Origin: Thermoplasmatales archaeon
Lineage (GTDB): Archaea > Thermoplasmatota > Thermoplasmata > Thermoplasmatales > GCA-001856825
Reading direction: 5' to 3'
Assembly: GCA_027343225.1 (NCBI GenBank)
Contig: DAHWMK010000022.1
Span: 136,266 to 200,265, forward strand
Length of the DNA stretch: 64,000 bases
A model generated the notes under the pieces. It was not told where the DNA came from. It saw only the letters and a list, made by a program, of their open reading frames with translations, and searched no databases. The translations under genes and the position numbers were made by a program. Every line of letters starts with the position of its first letter. Position 1 is the stretch's first letter. Of this stretch, positions 57,086-64,000 are shown one piece after another.

Positions 57086-59155
57086 TTACTTCACCCCCTT
57101 TATTATTATATTTCTGTATTTGTCTGGCCAAAATTCCTGTCCTTTTAGCACAATGACTGTTGATGTTGGGTCTTCAATTACTGCTGGTCCCTTAATTCTT
57201 CTATCGACCTTGAGGTTGTTCTTATCGTACACTGTCGCATCAATAGCGCTCCCCTCGATGAAAAGAAGACGCTGACCGATCTCTTCGTAGCCATTCCCGA
57301 AGGTCGTATTTTCAGTTATTCTTGGCTTCTCTATTGTGGTGGTGCCGACAGCGTGATAATTGATCATCTCGACAGGACTCTCTTCCAATCTAAAATTATA
57401 CTCCCTTTCGTGCGTTGAGTGAAACTTTCGAATCAGACTGGAGATGTCCTTTATCGACAGGGAAATCTTGTCCATCTGGACTTTGACAGTGTGTTCCTGT
57501 CCTCTATATCTCATATCCGAGAAATGTGAAATTTTCACTTTTTCATTTGAGATTCCTTCGTCCTCTTGAAATACATCAAGTATGTTCTCATCCAGTGTCT
57601 TGAATGTCTTATTGATTGTCGGAAGATTTTCCTCCCCCAACTTTAGGACATTCGTTGCTATCAAGTCGTGCCTAATGTCCGTGAGCAACATTCCCCATGC
57701 TGAAAAGACTCCTGGAGGTATAGAAGGAACGATTATCTTGTTCATCTCAAGTTCCTTGGCGATAAACGGGGCGAACATTGGGCCCGATCCTCCATGTGCA
57801 ATCAGAGTAAAGTCCCTAGGATCGTATCCCTTCTGTATTGAAACTATCCTGATTGCGTCTGCCGCGTTTTCATTTGCGATTTTTATTATGCCGTCTGCCG
57901 CTTCTTCCGTGGAAATCTCGAACCTACTTGCTATCTTGTCCTTTATCAGGTCAACTGCCCTGTCCTTGAAAATTTTCATTTCGCCGCCAAGGAGATAGTT
58001 GGGATTGATCAGTCCGTTTACCACGTAAGCGTCAGTTACTGTGACTTCTGTTCCCCCCTTCCCATAGCAGGCGGGACCAGGAACGGCTCCAGTGGCAATA
58101 GGTCCGACTCTCAAGTTTCCAACTTCGTCTATCCACGCAATGCTCGTCCCTCCATTGCCCACTTCTTCAATTTCTGTAACTGGAACTTTAAGCGGGTAAC
58201 CAGGATTGAATTTGCTTTTATTAATCTGATATTCGCTGTTCACTTTTTGGGTCAAATTTTCAATGAGACCGGCTTTTGTGGTTGTACTCCCTCCATCCAG
58301 AACCACTATGTTTTTTTCTCCTATTAGCCTAGCCAGCTCTATCCCACCCATTATTCCAGCAATGGGACCAGACTCTACCGCAAAGATAGGGAAGTCTTTT
58401 ACGAAACTAAACGAAGCGACTCCGCCATTGGACAAAATAGAAAAGAACTTCCCCTTGAAACCCATGTTTCCGATCTCCCTCTCGAGTTTTGAAAGATAGC
58501 TCCTCATCTTAGGCTTCACGAATGAGTTGAGTACTGCCGTGTTGGTTCTTTCGTATTCCCCCCACTGCATTGTTACCTTGTGGGAAAGGGTTATAGGGAT
58601 GTTGTCAACTTTCATGGATTTGAGAACATCCGAAACGATTTCTCCTGCTTCTATCTCGTGTGAAGGATTTACATAGGAATTGATAAAACTGATGCATATT
58701 GACTCTACTTTTTCATTGAGTAGTTTAATAGTTGCATCTCTAACCTGTTCTCTGTTAAGAGGTAACGTTTCTGTGCCGTCACTTAACATTCTTTCCGAGA
58801 CTTCGTGAGTAAGATATCTTGCGACAAACGGTTCAGGTTTCCTATATGCGAAATTGTAAACATCTCTTCTATTGGCTCGCTGTAGTATTAAGACATCCCT
58901 GTAGCCTTCTGTCGTCAGAAGTCCTACTTTTGCACCACTTCTAGTAATGATAGAGTTTATCACCACGGTCTGCCCGTGACCGACTATGGTGACGACGTCA
59001 GCCATATTCACTTTACTTTTCCTTATAGCATTTAACACTCCCGCAGATGGGTCTTCCGGGGTTGTCTCGACCTTGACCCATATTATCTTGCCTTTCTGTT
59101 CATCGTATGCGACGAGATCTGTGAAAGCGCCGCCAATATCCACACCAATCCTCAT
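57086..59155 (-). CDS. hyuA: Hydantoinase A / oxoprolinase family protein (HyuA-like)
   Basis: MRIGVDIGGAFTDLV... with the ATP-binding fold DGGSTTTK. ATG 59155 overlaps the racemase stop (ATGA). The track start is 59182. Confidence 0.88.
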   Translation of the reverse strand: MRIGVDIGGAFTDLVAYDEQKGKIIWVKVETTPEDPSAGVLNAIRKSKVNMADVVTIVGHGQTVVINSIITRSGAKVGLLTTEGYRDVLILQRANRRDVYNFAYRKPEPFVARYLTHEVSERMLSDGTETLPLNREQVRDATIKLLNEKVESICISFINSYVNPSHEIEAGEIVSDVLKSMKVDNIPITLSHKVTMQWGEYERTNTAVLNSFVKPKMRSYLSKLEREIGNMGFKGKFFSILSNGGVASFSFVKDFPIFAVESGPIAGIMGGIELARLIGEKNIVVLDGGSTTTKAGLIENLTQKVNSEYQINKSKFNPGYPLKVPVTEIEEVGNGGTSIAWIDEVGNLRVGPIATGAVPGPACYGKGGTEVTVTDAYVVNGLINPNYLLGGEMKIFKDRAVDLIKDKIASRFEISTEEAADGIIKIANENAADAIRIVSIQKGYDPRDFTLIAHGGSGPMFAPFIAKELEMNKIIVPSIPPGVFSAWGMLLTDIRHDLIATNVLKLGEENLPTINKTFKTLDENILDVFQEDEGISNEKVKISHFSDMRYRGQEHTVKVQMDKISLSIKDISSLIRKFHSTHEREYNFRLEESPVEMINYHAVGTTTIEKPRITENTTFGNGYEEIGQRLLFIEGSAIDATVYDKNNLKVDRRIKGPAVIEDPTSTVIVLKGQEFWPDKYRNIIIKGVK

Positions 59156-59937
59156 TTTGTAACCTCCTTGATCGATTTCCATCTAAAGCCGTATTGTTTT
59201 TCCAAGCCCCATTCCTTAATTTCTTCATATGGGGGTGCTTCGTACCTTCCAATCTTACTGTGCCCTAGTCCAGTTATCTTCTTTATGTCAATGAGGAAGG
59301 ATGCCATGAGAAGCGGAGCAAGAGATGCGTCTATCACAGGTACTCCTAGTTTGTCTTGCATCTTCTGGTAGAAACCAAATTCTGCTGTGCAACCCAGGAT
59401 TATAACTTCTGCCATATCCTCTTCGACTGCCTCTTTACCCGCCTTTAACAATCTTTTTTCCGTCTCCTTTTGATTTGACTGAAAATCTAGCACTCCCATA
59501 TCAATCGATTTGAAAGAAGCAAGTCTATCCTTGAAGCCATATTTCAAAACATTTTCTTCCATCTGTGGTATCCATTTTCTTCTTCCCACTATTATGGAGA
59601 ATTTGTGGCCAAGAGATATCGCGATTGACATCGAAGACTCCGAAGGTGCGGTCACTATAATATTCGAAATTTCCCTAGCTTCAGACAGAAAGGGGTCATA
59701 GAAACATCCGATTACTGCAGCATCATAACCTTCAAGCTCAGCCTTCTTTACAGACCTTAGAATGTCTTGCCCAACCAAGGCCTCGTAAAACTGATATTCT
59801 AAGTGTTTGGGGCCCATTTTGAACGAAACGGTATCCACATTTACGTCACTCTTTACATATTTACTGAAATATTCTGCCATCGGTTGATCAAAAATGTTCC
59901 AACCGACGGGATTTATCCACAGAACCTTTTTATTCAT
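59152..59937 (-). CDS. Asp/Glu/hydantoin racemase family protein
   Basis: 261 aa with conserved Cys contexts (AAVIGCFYDP, VIILGCTAEF) typical of two-thiol racemases. Confidence 0.75.
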   Translation of the reverse strand: MNKKVLWINPVGWNIFDQPMAEYFSKYVKSDVNVDTVSFKMGPKHLEYQFYEALVGQDILRSVKKAELEGYDAAVIGCFYDPFLSEAREISNIIVTAPSESSMSIAISLGHKFSIIVGRRKWIPQMEENVLKYGFKDRLASFKSIDMGVLDFQSNQKETEKRLLKAGKEAVEEDMAEVIILGCTAEFGFYQKMQDKLGVPVIDASLAPLLMASFLIDIKKITGLGHSKIGRYEAPPYEEIKEWGLEKQYGFRWKSIKEVTK

Positions 59938-60010
59938 TCACACACCTCTTTCTTTAGAACTAAAAAATATGGCTTAGAAAAAATACAAAAATTTCCACAC
60001 GACATACTGT

Positions 60011-61051
60011 CTACCCTACCTCCTTCTGTTTGGTGTTCTCCTTGGTTGAGTAAAGATGGCAGCTAACCAGGTGGTTCTTGGTGTATTCTATGAGTGGGGG
60101 ATCTATAGTACTGCATATCTCCATGGCAAATGGGCACCTAGGATGAAAACTGCACCCACTTGGAAGGTGTAAGGCACCTGCTATCTCACCAATGTTTGGA
60201 ACCTTCTGAGGTTTTAGTTTTTCTTCCTCTTCAGTTATCACGGGTATCGAAGAAAGGAGGAGTTTTGTATACGGATGGAGGGGATTTCTGAAAAATTCTC
60301 CTGTATCCGACACCTCCTTTAATTTACCTAGGTAGGTGATTGCAACTCTGTCGGAGACATTCGACATGAGGCTGAGATTGTGGGTTATAAAAAGGTAGGA
60401 CAGGTTGAGTTCTTCTTTAAGTTTCATGAGAATGTTTATTATCTTCCCTTGAACAGAAACATCCAGTGCTGACGTTGGTTCGTCCAGTACCATGAAAGAT
60501 GGTTCAGTAGCAAGTGCCCTAGCTATAGCGACAAGCTGTTTCTCTCCTCCTCCAAGTTCATCCGGGTATCTATTTACGAACTCAGCCGGAAGGTCCACTG
60601 TTTGCATGAGCTTCAATATCTCGCTGTCGATATCTACCCCCTGACGATGAACTTCGAGCGGTAGTCTCAGCGTCTGCTTTACGGTCTTTCGAGGGTTAAG
60701 GGACGATGCTGGATTCTGAAATACTATCTGGATATCCTTCTTAAGCCATTTAGGCCGTCTATTTCCGTACTTGGCAATATCTTCGCCTTTGTACAACATT
60801 TTTCCTGAAGTAGGAGGATATATACCTACAATCATGTTTCCAATTGTAGTTTTACCTGACCCAGATTCTCCGACAAGTCCCAGTATTTCTCCATCCTGTA
60901 TCTTAAATTCCACATCGTCCACTGCCTTTATCACCCCCTTCTTTGTCGTAAAATATTTCTTCAAGTTGCTGACTTCCAGTATAGTTGCCGTATCATCTAC
61001 CTCCTCTTTCGAAAAGATGACAGGCAACGTAATGCTCTTTTTCAACTTCAT
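60011..61051 (-). CDS. Peptide/nickel-type ABC transporter ATP-binding protein (OppF/DppF-like)
   Basis: 346 aa with Walker A GESGSGKTT, the signature LGGGEKQ, Walker B MVLDEPTSALD and a C-terminal oligopeptide-type extension with Cys residues. Confidence 0.88.
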   Translation of the reverse strand: MKLKKSITLPVIFSKEEVDDTATILEVSNLKKYFTTKKGVIKAVDDVEFKIQDGEILGLVGESGSGKTTIGNMIVGIYPPTSGKMLYKGEDIAKYGNRRPKWLKKDIQIVFQNPASSLNPRKTVKQTLRLPLEVHRQGVDIDSEILKLMQTVDLPAEFVNRYPDELGGGEKQLVAIARALATEPSFMVLDEPTSALDVSVQGKIINILMKLKEELNLSYLFITHNLSLMSNVSDRVAITYLGKLKEVSDTGEFFRNPLHPYTKLLLSSIPVITEEEEKLKPQKVPNIGEIAGALHLPSGCSFHPRCPFAMEICSTIDPPLIEYTKNHLVSCHLYSTKENTKQKEVG

Positions 61052-61991
61052 ATATAGGGGGGGAATCTGTTTCGCACTTGTCGATTTTAAAGGGGCATCT
61101 TGTCACGAACCTGCAACCCTTAGGGGGGTTTAGGTAGCTTGGAACAACTCCCGGGATACCCTTTGGTACCCCCCCTCCGCTGAGCGTAGGGACACTGTGA
61201 AGAAGCATCTCGGTGTACGGATGTTTCGGATTTGAAAAGATTACTCCTGTCGGTCCTGATTCTACGATTGTTCCAGCGTACATCACATATATTCTGTCCA
61301 CGAATCCCTTGACCGTTCCTAGGGAGTGTGTAATGAGTATGACCGAGATCTTTTCCCTTTCAACTATCGACTTTAGAAGGCGCATTATCTGGTCCTCTAT
61401 CGTGACATCTAGTGCTGTTCCAGGTTCATCAGCTATGAGGAGATCACGGGCTGAAACCAGAGCCATTGCTATGTTCACTCTCTGCTTCATTCCACCAGAG
61501 AGCTCGAATGGGTAACTGTCCATGATTCGATCAGGTTCTGGGAGTGCTGCCTCTTGGAAGTAACGCACAGCACGATCGTGCAGTTCGTCCTTAGTCAACC
61601 TCTCATCGGATGAGTACTTCAAAGTATCGTACATCTGTTGTCTGATTTTGAAAACTGGATTCAAAGCGGTTGTGGGGTCTTGAAATATCATTGCAAGGTT
61701 GTGTTTTCTCAATAAAGAGAAATCTGAATTGGGCATCGTCAGTATATTGTTGCCGTTAAGGGATATTTCTCCGTTCATTAGAACGGCGTTGCTCGAGAGA
61801 ATTCTCATCACAGACTTCATCGTGGTCGTTTTTCCACACGCCGATTCCCCTATTATCCCGATTTTCTCTCCTCTTAACAGATAGAAGGAAATATCGTTTA
61901 ACACGCTTAACAAACCTTCGTATACCCGATATCCCACCGATAGCTTTTTGACTTCAAGGAGCACGTTAGAGTTTTTCAACATTGGCTTCAC
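60993..61991 (-). CDS. Peptide/nickel-type ABC transporter ATP-binding protein (OppD/DppD-like)
   Basis: 332 aa with GESACGKTT, LSGGMKQR and LIADEPGTALD. Confidence 0.88.
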   Translation of the reverse strand: MKPMLKNSNVLLEVKKLSVGYRVYEGLLSVLNDISFYLLRGEKIGIIGESACGKTTTMKSVMRILSSNAVLMNGEISLNGNNILTMPNSDFSLLRKHNLAMIFQDPTTALNPVFKIRQQMYDTLKYSSDERLTKDELHDRAVRYFQEAALPEPDRIMDSYPFELSGGMKQRVNIAMALVSARDLLIADEPGTALDVTIEDQIMRLLKSIVEREKISVILITHSLGTVKGFVDRIYVMYAGTIVESGPTGVIFSNPKHPYTEMLLHSVPTLSGGGVPKGIPGVVPSYLNPPKGCRFVTRCPFKIDKCETDSPPIYEVEKEHYVACHLFERGGR

Positions 61992-62896
61992 CTAATTGAT
62001 GATGAAAACATATCCCTGATTCCATCTCCCAAAAGATTAAACGCGAGAATCACAAGTACTACTGCAATTGCAGGGAATATGGAGATCCACCATATGTTTG
62101 GCAAATACGAGGATCCCTCCGCTATCATAGTTCCCAGGTCTGGAGTTGGTGGTGGTGCTCCAAGGCCGACATAGCTCAGTGCAGCTCCAATCAGTATTAC
62201 CCAGCCAGCATCTAGAGAAATCTTGGTTAATATGGATCCCAGTTCGTTGGGCAGTATTTCAGAAAACATAATGTGGAATGATGAAGCACCGGTCAATTTA
62301 GCTGCCCTCACATAATCTTCATTCCTTAGCGAAGATGTTTGCGAATAGACAAGCCTGGTATACCATGGCCACCATACAAGGGAAATGGCCATCAAAACGT
62401 GTAACTCAGTAGGTCTCATAACAGATGCAACTGAGAGCGCGAGCAGGAGAGGTGGAACTGCTACGAATATATCAGCTACACGCATGATCAGTACGCTGAA
62501 CCATCTTCGAATGTAGTAACCTGCGACCAGTCCCATCACTACACCCGGTACCACTGTAATACCTAGAACCACACCCACAAGGGTGAACGAATATCGAAAC
62601 GCAAACATCACTCTAGTTAGAACATCTCTACCGTCTTCATCAGTACCAAATAAATGTGATAGATTTGGAGACTTCAAAGAATCACTGAAGTTGACATACA
62701 ATCCAGCATTGGAAGGGTATGGGGAAATATGTGGTGCAAAAATTGCAATTATCAGAAGGAATATCAGTATTCCAAGTCCGACCAGTGATAATTTATTGTT
62801 TTTGAACTTGTACCAATACTTTCCATAGTGATGTAACCTCTTGGATAAATTAACAACGCTTGTTTCAGCGGTCAAGTCAATCACCAGTCTCCCCAC
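61988..62896 (-). CDS. ABC transporter permease (OppC/DppC-like)
   Basis: 302 aa with 6 TM segments and an EAA-like loop (VRAAKLTGASSFHIMFSEILPN). Confidence 0.85.
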   Translation of the reverse strand: MGRLVIDLTAETSVVNLSKRLHHYGKYWYKFKNNKLSLVGLGILIFLLIIAIFAPHISPYPSNAGLYVNFSDSLKSPNLSHLFGTDEDGRDVLTRVMFAFRYSFTLVGVVLGITVVPGVVMGLVAGYYIRRWFSVLIMRVADIFVAVPPLLLALSVASVMRPTELHVLMAISLVWWPWYTRLVYSQTSSLRNEDYVRAAKLTGASSFHIMFSEILPNELGSILTKISLDAGWVILIGAALSYVGLGAPPPTPDLGTMIAEGSSYLPNIWWISIFPAIAVVLVILAFNLLGDGIRDMFSSSIR

Positions 62897-63911
62897 TTAT
62901 TCTTGGATCCAGTCGACTCACCGTCAAGTCGACTAGCGTATTGGCAATAACGAACAAGATTCCAGCGACCATTACAACCGCAATGATCGCATTAAGGTCC
63001 TTACCAAGCATGGCGTTAAGTCCATATCTTGAAAGTCCGGGCCAGTTGAAGATTAGCTCTATAAGGAAGGCATTTGCAATCATAGATGATACATCCAGCG
63101 CATAGACCGTTATCATTGGGATTATTGATGGTTTCAGCAAATACCTCGTTGTTATAACACGCTCAGGGAGACCCCTTGACGTTTCTGATAACGTGAAATC
63201 CATGTTTTGATTTTCAACTACTGATGACCTCAGTATTCTTGCTTCTTGAGCAATTGGTCCAAGTGCTAGTGAAAATGCAGGCAATATTAAATGCCATATG
63301 GCGTTGATCCAAGTCCCGAAGTCGCCTGTTATGAGCCCGTCAATCAGATAAAGTCCAGTGATGTGTGGAGGAGGGCTAATACCAGGGCTCAACTCTCCAA
63401 TTACAGGGAAAAGGTGAAGGCCATACCCCAGCGACAGCTGAAGCAGTATAGCGACCACAAATGAGGGGACTGCAATACCAATGTATGAAATCACTCTCAC
63501 GATATTGTCTACGTAAGAATTCTCCCTCCTTCCAGCAATTAGACCCAGAGGAATTGATATCAACAGATCCATTATTGCTGCAGTGACTAGAAGATCAAGC
63601 GTCGCAGGAAGAAACTCCTCAACATCCGTGAGTACGTTTCTATGAGTAGTCAAGGAAATACCCCAGTTGCCGGTAAATAACCCCTCTATCCAGTACCAGT
63701 ACTGTACAGGTAGAGGTTCTCTCAGATGAAGTTCCGATATAAGCGTATTAATGGCCGACAGGGAGGCGTTTGGACCCAAAGCAAGTCTTGCCAGATCTAC
63801 AGGGGTCCCAGGGAGCACTCTAGCTAAAACAAATACCAGAACGGACAGGCCAAATAGAGATATGATACCGTAGGCGAGCCTATTGATTACAAAACTGCTC
63901 CCTTTTTTCAT
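62877..63911 (-). CDS. ABC transporter permease (OppB/DppB-like)
   Basis: 344 aa with 6 TM segments and the loop SETSRGLPERVITTRYLLKPS. Confidence 0.85.
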   Translation of the reverse strand: MKKGSSFVINRLAYGIISLFGLSVLVFVLARVLPGTPVDLARLALGPNASLSAINTLISELHLREPLPVQYWYWIEGLFTGNWGISLTTHRNVLTDVEEFLPATLDLLVTAAIMDLLISIPLGLIAGRRENSYVDNIVRVISYIGIAVPSFVVAILLQLSLGYGLHLFPVIGELSPGISPPPHITGLYLIDGLITGDFGTWINAIWHLILPAFSLALGPIAQEARILRSSVVENQNMDFTLSETSRGLPERVITTRYLLKPSIIPMITVYALDVSSMIANAFLIELIFNWPGLSRYGLNAMLGKDLNAIIAVVMVAGILFVIANTLVDLTVSRLDPRISGETGD

Positions 63912-63967
63912 TCTATCACCTTGTTTCCTCCGAGACTAAATTAAATAAGGTAAATAAAAGGAAAAAA

Positions 63968-64000
63968 CTACTTGTCACTAAGGCATCGCTGTAGCATTGA
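63968..64000 (-). CDS. Possible 3' end of the upstream gene (expected substrate-binding protein), only 10 codons in the window
   Basis: Minus strand reads ...SMLQRCLSDK* with TAG at 63970-63968, 56 nt upstream of the permease start. The identity is inferred only from canonical Opp/Dpp gene order. Confidence 0.25.
   Translation of the reverse strand, partial: SMLQRCLSDK

Noticed and set aside
1-64000. CRISPR arrays, cas genes, restriction-modification, toxin-antitoxin or other defence cassettes, IS elements, rRNA
   Set aside because: I saw no regularly spaced direct repeats, no transposase or terminal inverted repeats, and no diagnostic nuclease, methylase or ATPase combinations. All long ORFs are accounted for by metabolic, respiratory, housekeeping or transporter functions.

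Overview
Dense, almost fully protein-coding archaeal chromosome segment. It is best explained as a Thermoplasmata/Thermoplasmatales-like aerobe. Supporting genes: archaeal-type AlaRS, Taw1, TrmI, geranylgeranyl reductase, an 11-subunit Nuo without NuoEFG, a four-gene sdhA-C-D-B, heme O synthase, a bacterial-type grpE-dnaK-dnaJ operon and a small Zn protein that I recall resembling Ta0938. Left third (1-21.7 kb): metabolic and transport genes. These include an aldehyde dehydrogenase that runs off the window edge and is missing from the ORF track, an SDR, an MTHFR-like protein, MFS and APC transporters, a solitary hisD, two Lrp/AsnC regulators, a 3-hydroxyacyl-CoA dehydrogenase overlapping a ThDP enzyme, a PLP decarboxylase overlapping an MFS transporter, tRNA-Leu(UAG), a heme-oxygenase-like/Zn-protein gene pair, and polyprenyl synthase plus ubiX. 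Middle (21.7-38.6 kb): one uninterrupted minus-strand respiratory block. It holds a second three-gene complex II with an atypical Cys/His-rich anchor, then sdhACDB, then nuoABCDHI-J(split)-KLMN, then two small unknown ORFs. Right (38.7-64 kb): taw1-trmI, alaS, a site-2 protease, geranylgeranyl reductase, a presenilin-type protease, the Hsp70 operon, alaX-ctaB, and tRNA-Ala(GGC). The tRNA-Ala is followed by a decayed tyrosine-recombinase pseudogene and a putative island (Lrp, hydantoinase A/B, racemase, peptide-type ABC transporter) that runs off the window. I found no CRISPR array, cas genes, rRNA, intact mobile element or recognisable defence, restriction-modification or toxin-antitoxin cassette. 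No single clearly novel system is proven. The best candidates for a second look are the atypical second complex II with an unannotated 56-codon membrane ORF, the two small ORFs fused to the end of the nuo operon, the integrase relic at tRNA-Ala, the Zn-finger/heme-oxygenase-like pair, and an isolated 427-aa orphan gene.
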